From: a virus
Virus record (IMG/VR): IMGVR_UViG_3300024520_000057
Coordinates: 9,215-73,214 of that record
Length of the DNA stretch: 64,000 nucleotides
Direction: 5' to 3' (one strand)
Position 1 is the stretch's first letter, and each line of letters begins with the position of its first letter. The notes under the pieces are model-generated. The model saw only the letters and a list, made by a program, of their open reading frames with translations. It was not told where the DNA came from and made no database searches. A program made the position numbers and the translations under genes. This document shows positions 10,042 through 18,492 of the stretch, piece after piece.

Positions 10042-10281
10042 ATGGAACCAATTAAATTTAAAGAACACAATGTGGTGTATGCAGAAGATCAGCCTGAATA
10101 TTTGCCTTTGCCAGTGCTTAAATTAGAAGATGGTGAAGTAATATCATGTTGGAAGCTGAATTTTATTGAGAAAATGAAAATCTTGTTATTTGGCAAATTG
10201 TGGTTAAGTATTCTAACATTTAACAAATCTTTACAACCACTGCTGCCATCAGTATCAAAACCATTTTTAAATAGGAGATAA
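10042..10281 (+). CDS. Hypothetical phage protein
   Basis: AAGGAG SD; DQPEYLPLP and ISCW motifs recalled from phage hypotheticals. Confidence 0.65.
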   Translation: MEPIKFKEHNVVYAEDQPEYLPLPVLKLEDGEVISCWKLNFIEKMKILLFGKLWLSILTFNKSLQPLLPSVSKPFLNRR

Positions 10282-10285
10282 TATT

Positions 10286-10609
10286 ATGGAACAGATAAGC
10301 ATGGAACAAATGTTAAATGTTTTGGTGGTTGGTGTAATGGCAATTTTGGGAGTGTTGTCTCATTTCTTAAAGAAAAAGGTAACAGGACAATCACTGGATG
10401 ATATCAAAGAGTATTTTTCTGGACATTTCAAGGATACAGCATTAATGTTAATTGGAACAGTGATTGGTGTTGGAATGTTATTTTATTTTGAAAATGCCAA
10501 TTTCCATACAGCATTTTTAACTGGTTACACAGCTGATTCTTTATTCAATAAAGGCAAACAGGATGAAATGTTGAAGGAAATGATTGAAAAGGAAAAGGAG
10601 AAGAAATGA
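10286..10609 (+). CDS. Putative holin
   Basis: 2-3 TM segments, charged C-terminus, next to a spanin-like gene. Confidence 0.6.
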   Translation: MEQISMEQMLNVLVVGVMAILGVLSHFLKKKVTGQSLDDIKEYFSGHFKDTALMLIGTVIGVGMLFYFENANFHTAFLTGYTADSLFNKGKQDEMLKEMIEKEKEKK

Positions 10610-11175
10610 TGAGCCTTGGTTTTCTATCTAAATTGGTAGATTGGAAAGTTGCTCTGATAGTTATTGGGTGTATTGCTGTATTCTATGCTTTCAAGTATCA
10701 CCTTGATCCACAAATAATTGAGGTGGAACCAGTGGTTATTGAAAGGGAAGTATTTACATTTGTTCCTTCACCACCAGATACTGTATATGCAGATACTGTA
10801 TTTACACCTTATGCAGTATTCATAGACACCAATTACAATAAACATGATGAGGATATAAATAAACTAAAAGGTCATTTAGCAGATCTTCAACAACAGTTAA
10901 GGGATGCAAGGGCAGGAATATTTACAAGTAGAATATCCACTAAACTATTTGACCATAAATATTTTTCATCAGAAGTATGGGCAAGAAGTCCATTAAAGGT
11001 GGATGAGTTTAAAAATCAAGTTATTATCAAGCATGATATAATTTATGAAGATAAATATATGTCAAGAATGAAAGGTCTTGAAATGCAGATAGGCAAGAGC
11101 AAAAGAAAAGGATTCATATATGGTGGAATATTAGGATTTGGACTGGGAGCTGTAACAATGGCTGTGATTAAATGA
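10606..11175 (+). CDS. Putative spanin-like membrane protein
   Basis: N-terminal TM, coiled-coil, C-terminal TM, downstream of the holin candidate. Confidence 0.45.
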   Translation: MMSLGFLSKLVDWKVALIVIGCIAVFYAFKYHLDPQIIEVEPVVIEREVFTFVPSPPDTVYADTVFTPYAVFIDTNYNKHDEDINKLKGHLADLQQQLRDARAGIFTSRISTKLFDHKYFSSEVWARSPLKVDEFKNQVIIKHDIIYEDKYMSRMKGLEMQIGKSKRKGFIYGGILGFGLGAVTMAVIK

Positions 11176-11234
11176 AATGCACATGGAATTGTTTATAATT
11201 TTTATAATATTGTTAAATTTGTTTCAGGTATGTT

Positions 11235-11393
11235 ATGAATACAATAATAGTTAAATTGCAATGTCAACAAGTTGAATGTGTTCATAATTTATTATATTGT
11301 TGTAATTTGAAAACATTGTTAATTAATAAGGATGGTAGATGTTCACAAATTCAAATAAAAAAAGAGGATAAAAGTGTGCACAACAAGCAGTGA
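11235..11393 (+). CDS. Small Cys-rich protein (DUF1540-like)
   Basis: Hand-translated MNTIIVKLQCQQVECVHNLYYCCNLKTLLINKDGRC...; below the ORF-track cutoff. Confidence 0.45.
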   Translation: MNTIIVKLQCQQVECVHNLLYCCNLKTLLINKDGRCSQIQIKKEDKSVHNKQ

Positions 11394-11687
11394 TAACAAG
11401 TCATTTGACTTTAGCATAGATAAGTTAAAGGAAGCAATTGAAATGGTGAATCAGATTGAACCATTTTATAAGTTTGCTAAGAAATTGAAACCAGATTTTG
11501 ATCCAGAAAAACATACTATGCTCTTAAATTCAGATTTGGTAATGACTTGTATGGGTGGAAATGAAAATACACCATATTATGTAATTCTTTCACCATATGC
11601 TGAGAAGGATAGTGTTGTATTTATTGATAATGAGAAAATAAAATTTATGAATCCATTTGTAGAATTAAAGAGGAAGGAACAAGACCA

Positions 11688-12170
11688 GTGGACATTAAAT
11701 CAATTGATATTAGGCTCATCAAATTTCATTTTATAGCAATTGGTATTTCTTTAATATTTATAACAATTTGGCAATTGGGTGAACCATATGGATGGATTGT
11801 AGCATTTGTGGTAATGTATGCTTTCATTATGTTTTTCAAAGCAGTAAGGGATCATATCCAATTTGGGAATTTCACCCATACTAAAATGGATTATTGGATA
11901 ACTTGGTTAAAAAAGTTCCTTTTGGGCAAATATGAAAATGCACCAAAGACTTGGGATGGCTGGCACTTAATGGATGGACTCACCATATCATTGCCATTAT
12001 GGTATATTATAGCTATAATAAATAGATTTGTTCTTGGGTGTGAATGGTATTGGACTATTATAGCATGGGTGGTTGTATGGATAGTGGTGTATCAGTATTT
12101 TAATTGGTGGTATCACCACAGATTGCCAAAAGTGAAACAAAAATGGTTTATGAGAAGCTGGAGAGATTAA
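11688..12170 (+). CDS. Multi-pass membrane protein
   Basis: About 4 hydrophobic segments, WDGWHL motif. Confidence 0.6.
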   Translation: MDIKSIDIRLIKFHFIAIGISLIFITIWQLGEPYGWIVAFVVMYAFIMFFKAVRDHIQFGNFTHTKMDYWITWLKKFLLGKYENAPKTWDGWHLMDGLTISLPLWYIIAIINRFVLGCEWYWTIIAWVVVWIVVYQYFNWWYHHRLPKVKQKWFMRSWRD

Positions 12171-12280
12171 GATGGCATAGTGATTATGGGTATTGCTTTG
12201 TGTGTTGTATTATTAAAGGTTGTAAAGGAAAATGGAAGGACAATTCACCAATTAGCTGAGGCAATAAAGGAAATGGTCAG

Positions 12281-13084
12281 GTGGAGAAAAGAATGAGAGA
12301 TTGGTCAAACAAGATAGTTAGAGGCAATGTATGGGATGATTTTAGAAAAACATTTCATTTTGCAGATAGACCAGTATCAATTCTGGTTGCGACTTATAAC
12401 AGACTTCCACTGCTTCAAAAATGTATTTGGAGCATAATTGCATCAACAACAGTGCCATACTCTATTGTTGTTGGAAATGATAATTCTGATGATGGAACAG
12501 AGGAATGGTTGGATGAGATGCAGGACAGGGAATTATTAGTTCATGTAAATTTTCCTGTTAATTCTGGGTCTGTTGATAATTATAATTGGTTGGTAGGACA
12601 TGCCAAGGATGAATGGTGTGTGATGATTCAGGACGATATTTATATTCATAGATGGTGGGATATTGCCTGTATGGATTTGATATTGAAAAGGCAGGATGCA
12701 GGATATGTTAGTTTTTACAACTACTCAAGAAAGTTTGATACGAAAAAATTTGTTAAGATTGATAATGAGATAATTTATAGCTATATTACAGGACTTTCAG
12801 CAACATGGATGAAAAAGGAATTGTGGGAAACAGTGGGACATTTTAAGCTACCTTCCAGCCATACAAAGATGGGATTCTATGATTCATTGTTTTGTGGTGA
12901 AGCAGTAAAGTTGAAATCACTTGAGCATAAGAGGAAGGCAGGATATTTTACAATACCAGATTATGCAGAAATAATGGATAGGAAAAATCACCGACTTGGT
13001 GAAGAAGAGTATCAAATTAATAGTGGATATATAGCACACAGGGCAAAATTTAAAAAATCTGTTGGAGGAGTAGGGAATGGATAG
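12281..13084 (+). CDS. Glycosyltransferase family 2
   Basis: VSILVATYNR, VVGNDNSDDGT, MIQDD. Confidence 0.9.
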   Translation: MEKRMRDWSNKIVRGNVWDDFRKTFHFADRPVSILVATYNRLPLLQKCIWSIIASTTVPYSIVVGNDNSDDGTEEWLDEMQDRELLVHVNFPVNSGSVDNYNWLVGHAKDEWCVMIQDDIYIHRWWDIACMDLILKRQDAGYVSFYNYSRKFDTKKFVKIDNEIIYSYITGLSATWMKKELWETVGHFKLPSSHTKMGFYDSLFCGEAVKLKSLEHKRKAGYFTIPDYAEIMDRKNHRLGEEEYQINSGYIAHRAKFKKSVGGVGNG

Positions 13085-13200
13085 TGATAAAATCAAAGAA
13101 GAAATAATTATCAAAACAAAAGAGTCAATGGATTATGATGACATGATTAACAGGATTGTTTTATACATATTAAATAATTACAAAAAGAAGGAGTAAAGCT

Positions 13201-13704
13201 ATGTTTTCAGGTGAGAAAATATTTGTGACTATTAATTTGAATGGTGGAATCACAGGAGTTCAAGGTGTTATTAATGCTGGGTGTATTATTAATTATGATC
13301 CCAATCTTTTTGATCCAGATGCAGATCCTATATTGCCAAATACACAGGTGGATGCTGAAAATGGTAATTTATTTCAGGGCACTCCAAGTGTTGCTGCCAG
13401 CATTGCTAAAGATGGTGGTGGAGTTGAAATTCCAGGCAAGATAGTTGTAGCTGTGGCAGATAATGTTAATCCACCCAGCTTAGGAGCTGGAGTTGCAGCT
13501 GAGGTTGTTAATATAGCATTTACAGCAAAGCAGGTAATTACACCAGTAAGTGCTACATTTAATATTGATCCAGCAGGAAGGGAAGTCAGAACAATTAATG
13601 GAGTTGTGGCTGGAACATCATGGAATGAAATATCACCACAGATCACAGTTGAACCAATTCCTGAAGCACCAGTGGCAAGCATAAATTTTAAATTTAGCAG
13701 GTGA
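13201..13704 (+). CDS. Stand-alone cohesin-like domain protein (no signal peptide)
   Basis: GEKIFVTINL...IINYDPNLF...GKIVVAVA...VVNIAFTAK pattern typical of cohesin beta-sandwiches. Confidence 0.6.
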   Translation: MFSGEKIFVTINLNGGITGVQGVINAGCIINYDPNLFDPDADPILPNTQVDAENGNLFQGTPSVAASIAKDGGGVEIPGKIVVAVADNVNPPSLGAGVAAEVVNIAFTAKQVITPVSATFNIDPAGREVRTINGVVAGTSWNEISPQITVEPIPEAPVASINFKFSR

Positions 13705-13708
13705 TGTT

Positions 13709-14251
13709 ATGAGGAAAATGGTTGTATGCCTATGGCTACTGTTATTTGTAGCTGTAGGCTTTTGTCAGTTACCAGATACACTGAAGTATGTGTATATTGA
13801 AATGGATGTGGTGGGTTGGAGAGGAGTGGAAAGAATTATTGAAATTGTTGATAATGATACATTGTTAAATATTCCCAATCCAGATTTTATGAGTCCACTT
13901 ATTGATGATACCAGTGTTTTCCATTACGGAGTTCAACATTATAATTATCCAGATGGAAGCAAATTTGCCTTTGGTTTAGAATATCAATTTGAAACTATAT
14001 TTGTCACACCAGATAGTCAGTATGTCTATTGTATAAAATGGATGTTTCTTCATGGTGACTGGGATGATGATGGAATTGTTGGAGCTCCAGATTTAGGTGT
14101 GGTTGTTCAGAATATAGGAACTTTTGGTGTTCCCTATGAGGGTGCAGGGGACATAGACAGGGATGGAGCAGTGTTGGCACCTGATTTAGGATGGCAGATT
14201 GATCCAAATGCAGTTTATGGTAGAATATATACACCAACAGATTGTGATTAA
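13709..14251 (+). CDS. Exported protein with C-terminal dockerin-like duplicated Ca-binding loops
   Basis: Signal ...VAVGFC|QLP; GDWDDDGIVGAPDLG and GDIDRDGAVLAPDLG. Confidence 0.72.
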   Translation: MRKMVVCLWLLLFVAVGFCQLPDTLKYVYIEMDVVGWRGVERIIEIVDNDTLLNIPNPDFMSPLIDDTSVFHYGVQHYNYPDGSKFAFGLEYQFETIFVTPDSQYVYCIKWMFLHGDWDDDGIVGAPDLGVVVQNIGTFGVPYEGAGDIDRDGAVLAPDLGWQIDPNAVYGRIYTPTDCD

Positions 14252-14254
14252 AGA

Positions 14255-15202
14255 ATGGCAAAATTGTTTCACATAGGAACATTGGTTGGTGTGAATTCAA
14301 CATCAGATGGATACAGAACAAAGGGATTTAAAAAGGTATTTGATTCTGTTTATTTTTATGACTACAGAAAAAAACATAAATTTAATAAATTATGGACACA
14401 CATAGGTGATTTCAAACCAGATATAATATTCATAAACAAAGCTGAATTAATCCCTGGATGGGAAATACAAAAAATAAAGAAAAGATTTCCAAATATATTT
14501 GTAGCTTATTATTATGGAGATTCACCAGAAGATGTCAAAGATTATGCATTATTATTAGGCAAGCAAGCAGATGTTTTGCTTGTTCCACATTTCCATAAAC
14601 AGTCCTGGAATTATTGCTACAACAGAGGTGTTAAATTAATAATAAAATATTATCCAGGAACAGATTTAGATGTATTTAAGAAAATGGATAAGGAAATAGA
14701 ATATGATATTGCATTTGCTGGAACAAGAACTGATAAGTGCACAAATTCAGCATTAAGATATGATTTGTTAACTGGATTGTCTGAAAAATATAGAGTTGCT
14801 GTTGCAGGCGGTGGTGCTTGGAAAGATGTAGATGGGCTGCATTATAAAGGATTTTGTTATGGTGAAGAATTATCAGAATTTTATTCCAAGTCAAAATTTA
14901 TTTTAAGCATTGATAATAACAATACATATGCTGGAATAAGCAATAGAATAATGAATGCACTTTCTTGTTCTGTGCCTGTATTGATGTATTATTTTGAAGG
15001 CTATGAATCTTTGGGATTAAAGGATGGTTATAATGTTATTGTATTTAAAGATTTCCAACACTTGCTGCTTCAGATTGAGATGTATATGAAGTCACCAGAC
15101 CTTTGCAAATCAATTGGAGAAAATGGCAGAAAATTGATATCAGAAAAACATACTTATGAACACAAAGCATTAGAATTGAAGATGATATGGGAAGGACATT
15201 AA
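14255..15202 (+). CDS. CgeB-like glycosyltransferase (Glyco_trans_1_2)
   Basis: KPDIIFINK, YDIAFAGT, YSKSKFILSI, SNRIMNALSC, HTYEHKA. Confidence 0.85.
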   Translation: MAKLFHIGTLVGVNSTSDGYRTKGFKKVFDSVYFYDYRKKHKFNKLWTHIGDFKPDIIFINKAELIPGWEIQKIKKRFPNIFVAYYYGDSPEDVKDYALLLGKQADVLLVPHFHKQSWNYCYNRGVKLIIKYYPGTDLDVFKKMDKEIEYDIAFAGTRTDKCTNSALRYDLLTGLSEKYRVAVAGGGAWKDVDGLHYKGFCYGEELSEFYSKSKFILSIDNNNTYAGISNRIMNALSCSVPVLMYYFEGYESLGLKDGYNVIVFKDFQHLLLQIEMYMKSPDLCKSIGENGRKLISEKHTYEHKALELKMIWEGH

Positions 15203-16413
15203 AAAAACCAACACCTGTTGGGGAATATTTCCTTGACCACTTAACAGGTGCCATAGCAAATCCAGCTGTTATTGAATCCACAGATATTTGGAGCGATGAG
15301 ATCTGGGAAGAACAGCCAGTGGATGTAGAAACATTCTGTGAAGAATTTGTTGGGGAAGGATTATTTCCAATACAGGCAGGATTTGCTGAAGAAACAATGG
15401 GTTCTAACCCAATGGTTTGGGATGATAAATATTATGGTGGAATTGCATATTGGGGAAAAGGATGTGTATCTGGTGATACTATTCTGAAAGATGAAAAAAC
15501 AGGAAAAGAATATACAATTAAAGAACTTGCTGAAAGTAAAAAATCTATTTATATAAAATCTTTGAAAACTTATTTTAATGTTAATATTAGAAAGGATAGA
15601 CACCAATATATTATTAAGAAAACGGGCATTCCATTTAAAAAAGGTGTAACTGAGTTGTTCAAAGTGAGATTGAAAAGTGGTAAGGAAATTATTGTTAGCA
15701 AAGAACATAAATTTTATACATCAGATGGATGGAAGAAATTGAAGGATTTAAAAATTGGTTCAAAATTAATAACATCTGAATTGATACAAGATAGATTAAC
15801 AAGTGAACAAGAATTACAAAGAAGAAATAAAATTAGCAATACTTTGAAAGGTATTAAAAAGACACCTGAACATATTTTAAATATGAAAAATGTTGAATGC
15901 TCAAGTAGATTTAAAAATGGGCACATTCCTAATTTTACTGGTGCAGATTTAAGTGAAGAATCTAAAGATAAAATTAGGCAAAAATTATTAGGAAAAAAAT
16001 TGTCTTGTGAAACAAGAAGAAAAATGAGTATTGCTAACAAGGGAATGAAACATCACAAAGATGATTGTCTGTGTATTTGTTGTAAAACAAAAAGAGGTGA
16101 ATTTAAAGTTTATAGAAGATATAATTTACAGTATAATGGATATACATTTAGATCAAGTTGGGAAGTTAAGTTTGCTGTGTATTTAGATGGTTTGGGTATT
16201 AAATGGGAATATGAACCTGAATCATTTAAGTTAAGTTCAGGCATTTCATACATACCAGATTTTTATTTATCAAAATATGATTTATGGATAGAATTGAAAG
16301 GATTCAGTTCATTTGATGGTAAACAGAAAATGGATTTGTTTGAAAAGGAATATAATAAGAAATTGATAATTTTATACAAGGATGATTTGAATAGAATTGG
16401 AGTTGGTGTGTGA
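15187..16413 (+). CDS. terL: Terminase large subunit N-extein (92 aa) + N-intein + NUMOD3/PD-(D/E)XK endonuclease
   Basis: YWGKG|CVSGDT intein block A (Cys at 15463), SKEHKF block B, GWKKLKDLKIG, NUMOD3-like repeats, FRSSWE...YIPDF...IELKG. Confidence 0.88.
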   Translation: MGRTLKKPTPVGEYFLDHLTGAIANPAVIESTDIWSDEIWEEQPVDVETFCEEFVGEGLFPIQAGFAEETMGSNPMVWDDKYYGGIAYWGKGCVSGDTILKDEKTGKEYTIKELAESKKSIYIKSLKTYFNVNIRKDRHQYIIKKTGIPFKKGVTELFKVRLKSGKEIIVSKEHKFYTSDGWKKLKDLKIGSKLITSELIQDRLTSEQELQRRNKISNTLKGIKKTPEHILNMKNVECSSRFKNGHIPNFTGADLSEESKDKIRQKLLGKKLSCETRRKMSIANKGMKHHKDDCLCICCKTKRGEFKVYRRYNLQYNGYTFRSSWEVKFAVYLDGLGIKWEYEPESFKLSSGISYIPDFYLSKYDLWIELKGFSSFDGKQKMDLFEKEYNKKLIILYKDDLNRIGVGV

Positions 16414-16523
16414 TAAAATACGATGAAATTGAATCTATTGAGAGTGTAGGGGAACAAGATTTTTATGATTTGGAAGTTCCTGATACTCATTGTTATTTTG
16501 CTCATGGGATATTAAATCATAAT
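15463..16523 (+). mobile_element. Intein split across two overlapping ORFs, with endonuclease
   Basis: C1 at 15463; 38-aa C-intein ending HN at 16523 followed by Ser; splicing would restore Walker A GKG-SGKD. Confidence 0.85.
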
Positions 16524-17996
16524 AGTGGCAAGGATAGAACCATATCGAAAATTCAGCTGTATGTTGTTTATAAGCTTATGTGTATGAAGGATCCACAGAA
16601 GACTTTGAGGGAAGTGTATGGATGTTCAATTGGACATGGCGATGCAATTGATATTGGAAATATGAGTATCAATGCTCGTCAGGCAGTGAATGTTTATTTC
16701 AAGAAATTCAAACAAATGTTGAAGGCAGTCAGAAGTCCTGCAACAGGGAAAAATTGGTTTGCCGAAAAGGGAGTTGATTTGAGGGATGGATATGATGTCC
16801 AAAGTGCTGAAGTTCGTTTTCCAATGAACATAACAGCTCATTCCCTCAATGGAGAAACAAATACTGGAGAAGGGCTAACTTTGTTTTTTGTTACTATTGA
16901 TGAATTTGGGTCATTTCCTGCAGAGAAGGCATTTGATTTGTTGGATGCAGCCAGAGATACAGTGGAAAGTAGATTTACAAAATATGGAAAGGTGTGTGTA
17001 ATTAGCTATAAATACAATCACAATGATCCGATGGATACACTTTATAACAAAGAAAAAAACAATCCTGAAATTTATACCAGCAAGGCATCAACTTGGGAAG
17101 TTATGGTAAACAGAGAAAAGTCTGATTTTGCAAGGAAGTATTTACAGAATCCAGAGAAGGCAAAAATGACATATGAATGTGAAGGTGGGATTGAGGAAGG
17201 TGGATATGTTACAAAGAAATACATGCTTGAATATATGTTTGATGGAATGTATGTGAATCCAGTTCAGGGAGATTTAGTATCAGTGGATGGATCTTATTTA
17301 CATGCCTTGAAGTTTAATCCTAAATTCAGGGGAGTAACAGGCAGAATTTATGCAGTTCATGTTGATATGGCAAAAGGAAAAGTTGAGGAGAAGGGGGATG
17401 CTGCTGGACTTGCACTTGCTCATTGTGAACTTATGACGGCAAAGATAGATGCTGATTTGAAAAGGGAGCTGATTCATGAAGGAATAATTTTGCCAGATAC
17501 ATTTTCAGAAAAATTGAAAGGCAGGAAAGGTGTGGTCATAGATTTAGCACTACAGCTTATTGCAAAGAAAAGAGCTGAAATTGAATTTGCTGATGTTAGG
17601 AAATTTATTTTGTTTTTAAGAGATGTTCTGAAATTTAACATCAGGTTTGTAACTTTTGATGGATGGCAAAGTGTTGAGTCTATTCAGGTTCTGAAGTATC
17701 ATAAAATTGTTGCTGATGTTTTGTCTGTTGACAGAAATAATGAGGCATATGATTTATGGAAAGAGTTGATGTATCAGCAATTGATGAAATGTTATCCACA
17801 CCCAATTGCAAGACGAGAGGCAAGGGAATTGATAACAGCTGACAATGGCAAGATTGACCATCCTGAGAAAAGCTGGGACAGGGAAGTGATGGAGGGGATT
17901 GATAAGGGAAGCAAAGATGTAATGGATGCAATAGCAGGTGTAACAAAGAATTCGTATGATAGAATAAGCATTTCACCAACAGTATTTTTTGGATAG
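16410..17996 (+). CDS. terL: C-intein (38 aa) + terminase large subunit ATPase/nuclease C-extein
   Basis: MIKYDEIESIESVGEQDFYDLEVPDTHCYFAHGILNHN|SGKD; Walker B VTIDE; nuclease VHVDMA, FDGWQS, KDVMDA. Confidence 0.9.
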   Translation: MIKYDEIESIESVGEQDFYDLEVPDTHCYFAHGILNHNSGKDRTISKIQLYVVYKLMCMKDPQKTLREVYGCSIGHGDAIDIGNMSINARQAVNVYFKKFKQMLKAVRSPATGKNWFAEKGVDLRDGYDVQSAEVRFPMNITAHSLNGETNTGEGLTLFFVTIDEFGSFPAEKAFDLLDAARDTVESRFTKYGKVCVISYKYNHNDPMDTLYNKEKNNPEIYTSKASTWEVMVNREKSDFARKYLQNPEKAKMTYECEGGIEEGGYVTKKYMLEYMFDGMYVNPVQGDLVSVDGSYLHALKFNPKFRGVTGRIYAVHVDMAKGKVEEKGDAAGLALAHCELMTAKIDADLKRELIHEGIILPDTFSEKLKGRKGVVIDLALQLIAKKRAEIEFADVRKFILFLRDVLKFNIRFVTFDGWQSVESIQVLKYHKIVADVLSVDRNNEAYDLWKELMYQQLMKCYPHPIARREARELITADNGKIDHPEKSWDREVMEGIDKGSKDVMDAIAGVTKNSYDRISISPTVFFG

Positions 17997-18004
17997 GAGA
18001 GGAT

Positions 18005-18484
18005 ATGTTCAAACGAGCTAAAGAGGAAAAGGGAGGAATAAATGATAGACCAAAAACAAAAAGACCATCACCTCCCAAAGGACAAGGAGGTAGTCAATCA
18101 GAAATTCTAAAATTATCAGTAGCACCTGCTCCAGATGAAAATGAGGAAAAGGAACAAAAGAAGATTGATGGTGATGAAAGATTTAAAAAGGAGGAGGTGA
18201 TTGGAAAGCAGTTTGATAGAAGAAATAGAAAGGAAACCAGAAGGGCAAAAAGATTAAAATTATTGCATGATTTGAAAACATTTATTCCATCATCGATTTC
18301 TGTGTTAATGTATGGTATTAATGTGATTTTAGATTATGTATTTAACCTTTTCACAATGGCTTGTATTGTTTATGTTATATATTATGGGATTGATTTTCTA
18401 TTGAATGGTGGTGATATTTACAGAGCAGGAGTGTCATTGGTCTTTTTGGTTGTATTGGTTTGGATTAATGAGAAAATTCATTGA
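18005..18484 (+). CDS. Membrane protein between terL and portal
   Basis: Charged N-terminus followed by 2-3 TM segments. Confidence 0.6.
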   Translation: MFKRAKEEKGGINDRPKTKRPSPPKGQGGSQSEILKLSVAPAPDENEEKEQKKIDGDERFKKEEVIGKQFDRRNRKETRRAKRLKLLHDLKTFIPSSISVLMYGINVILDYVFNLFTMACIVYVIYYGIDFLLNGGDIYRAGVSLVFLVVLVWINEKIH

Positions 18485-18492
18485 GGTGAAAT

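Noticed and set aside
1-15186. Terminase small subunit, integrase or repressor
   Set aside because: No ORF with supporting motifs was recognised; lifestyle cannot be determined from this window
16395-16413. Programmed -1 frameshift joining the two terL ORFs
   Set aside because: No X XXY YYZ heptamer in the short open overlap; an SD plus GTG start explains ORF2 better (a 2-bp indel remains possible)
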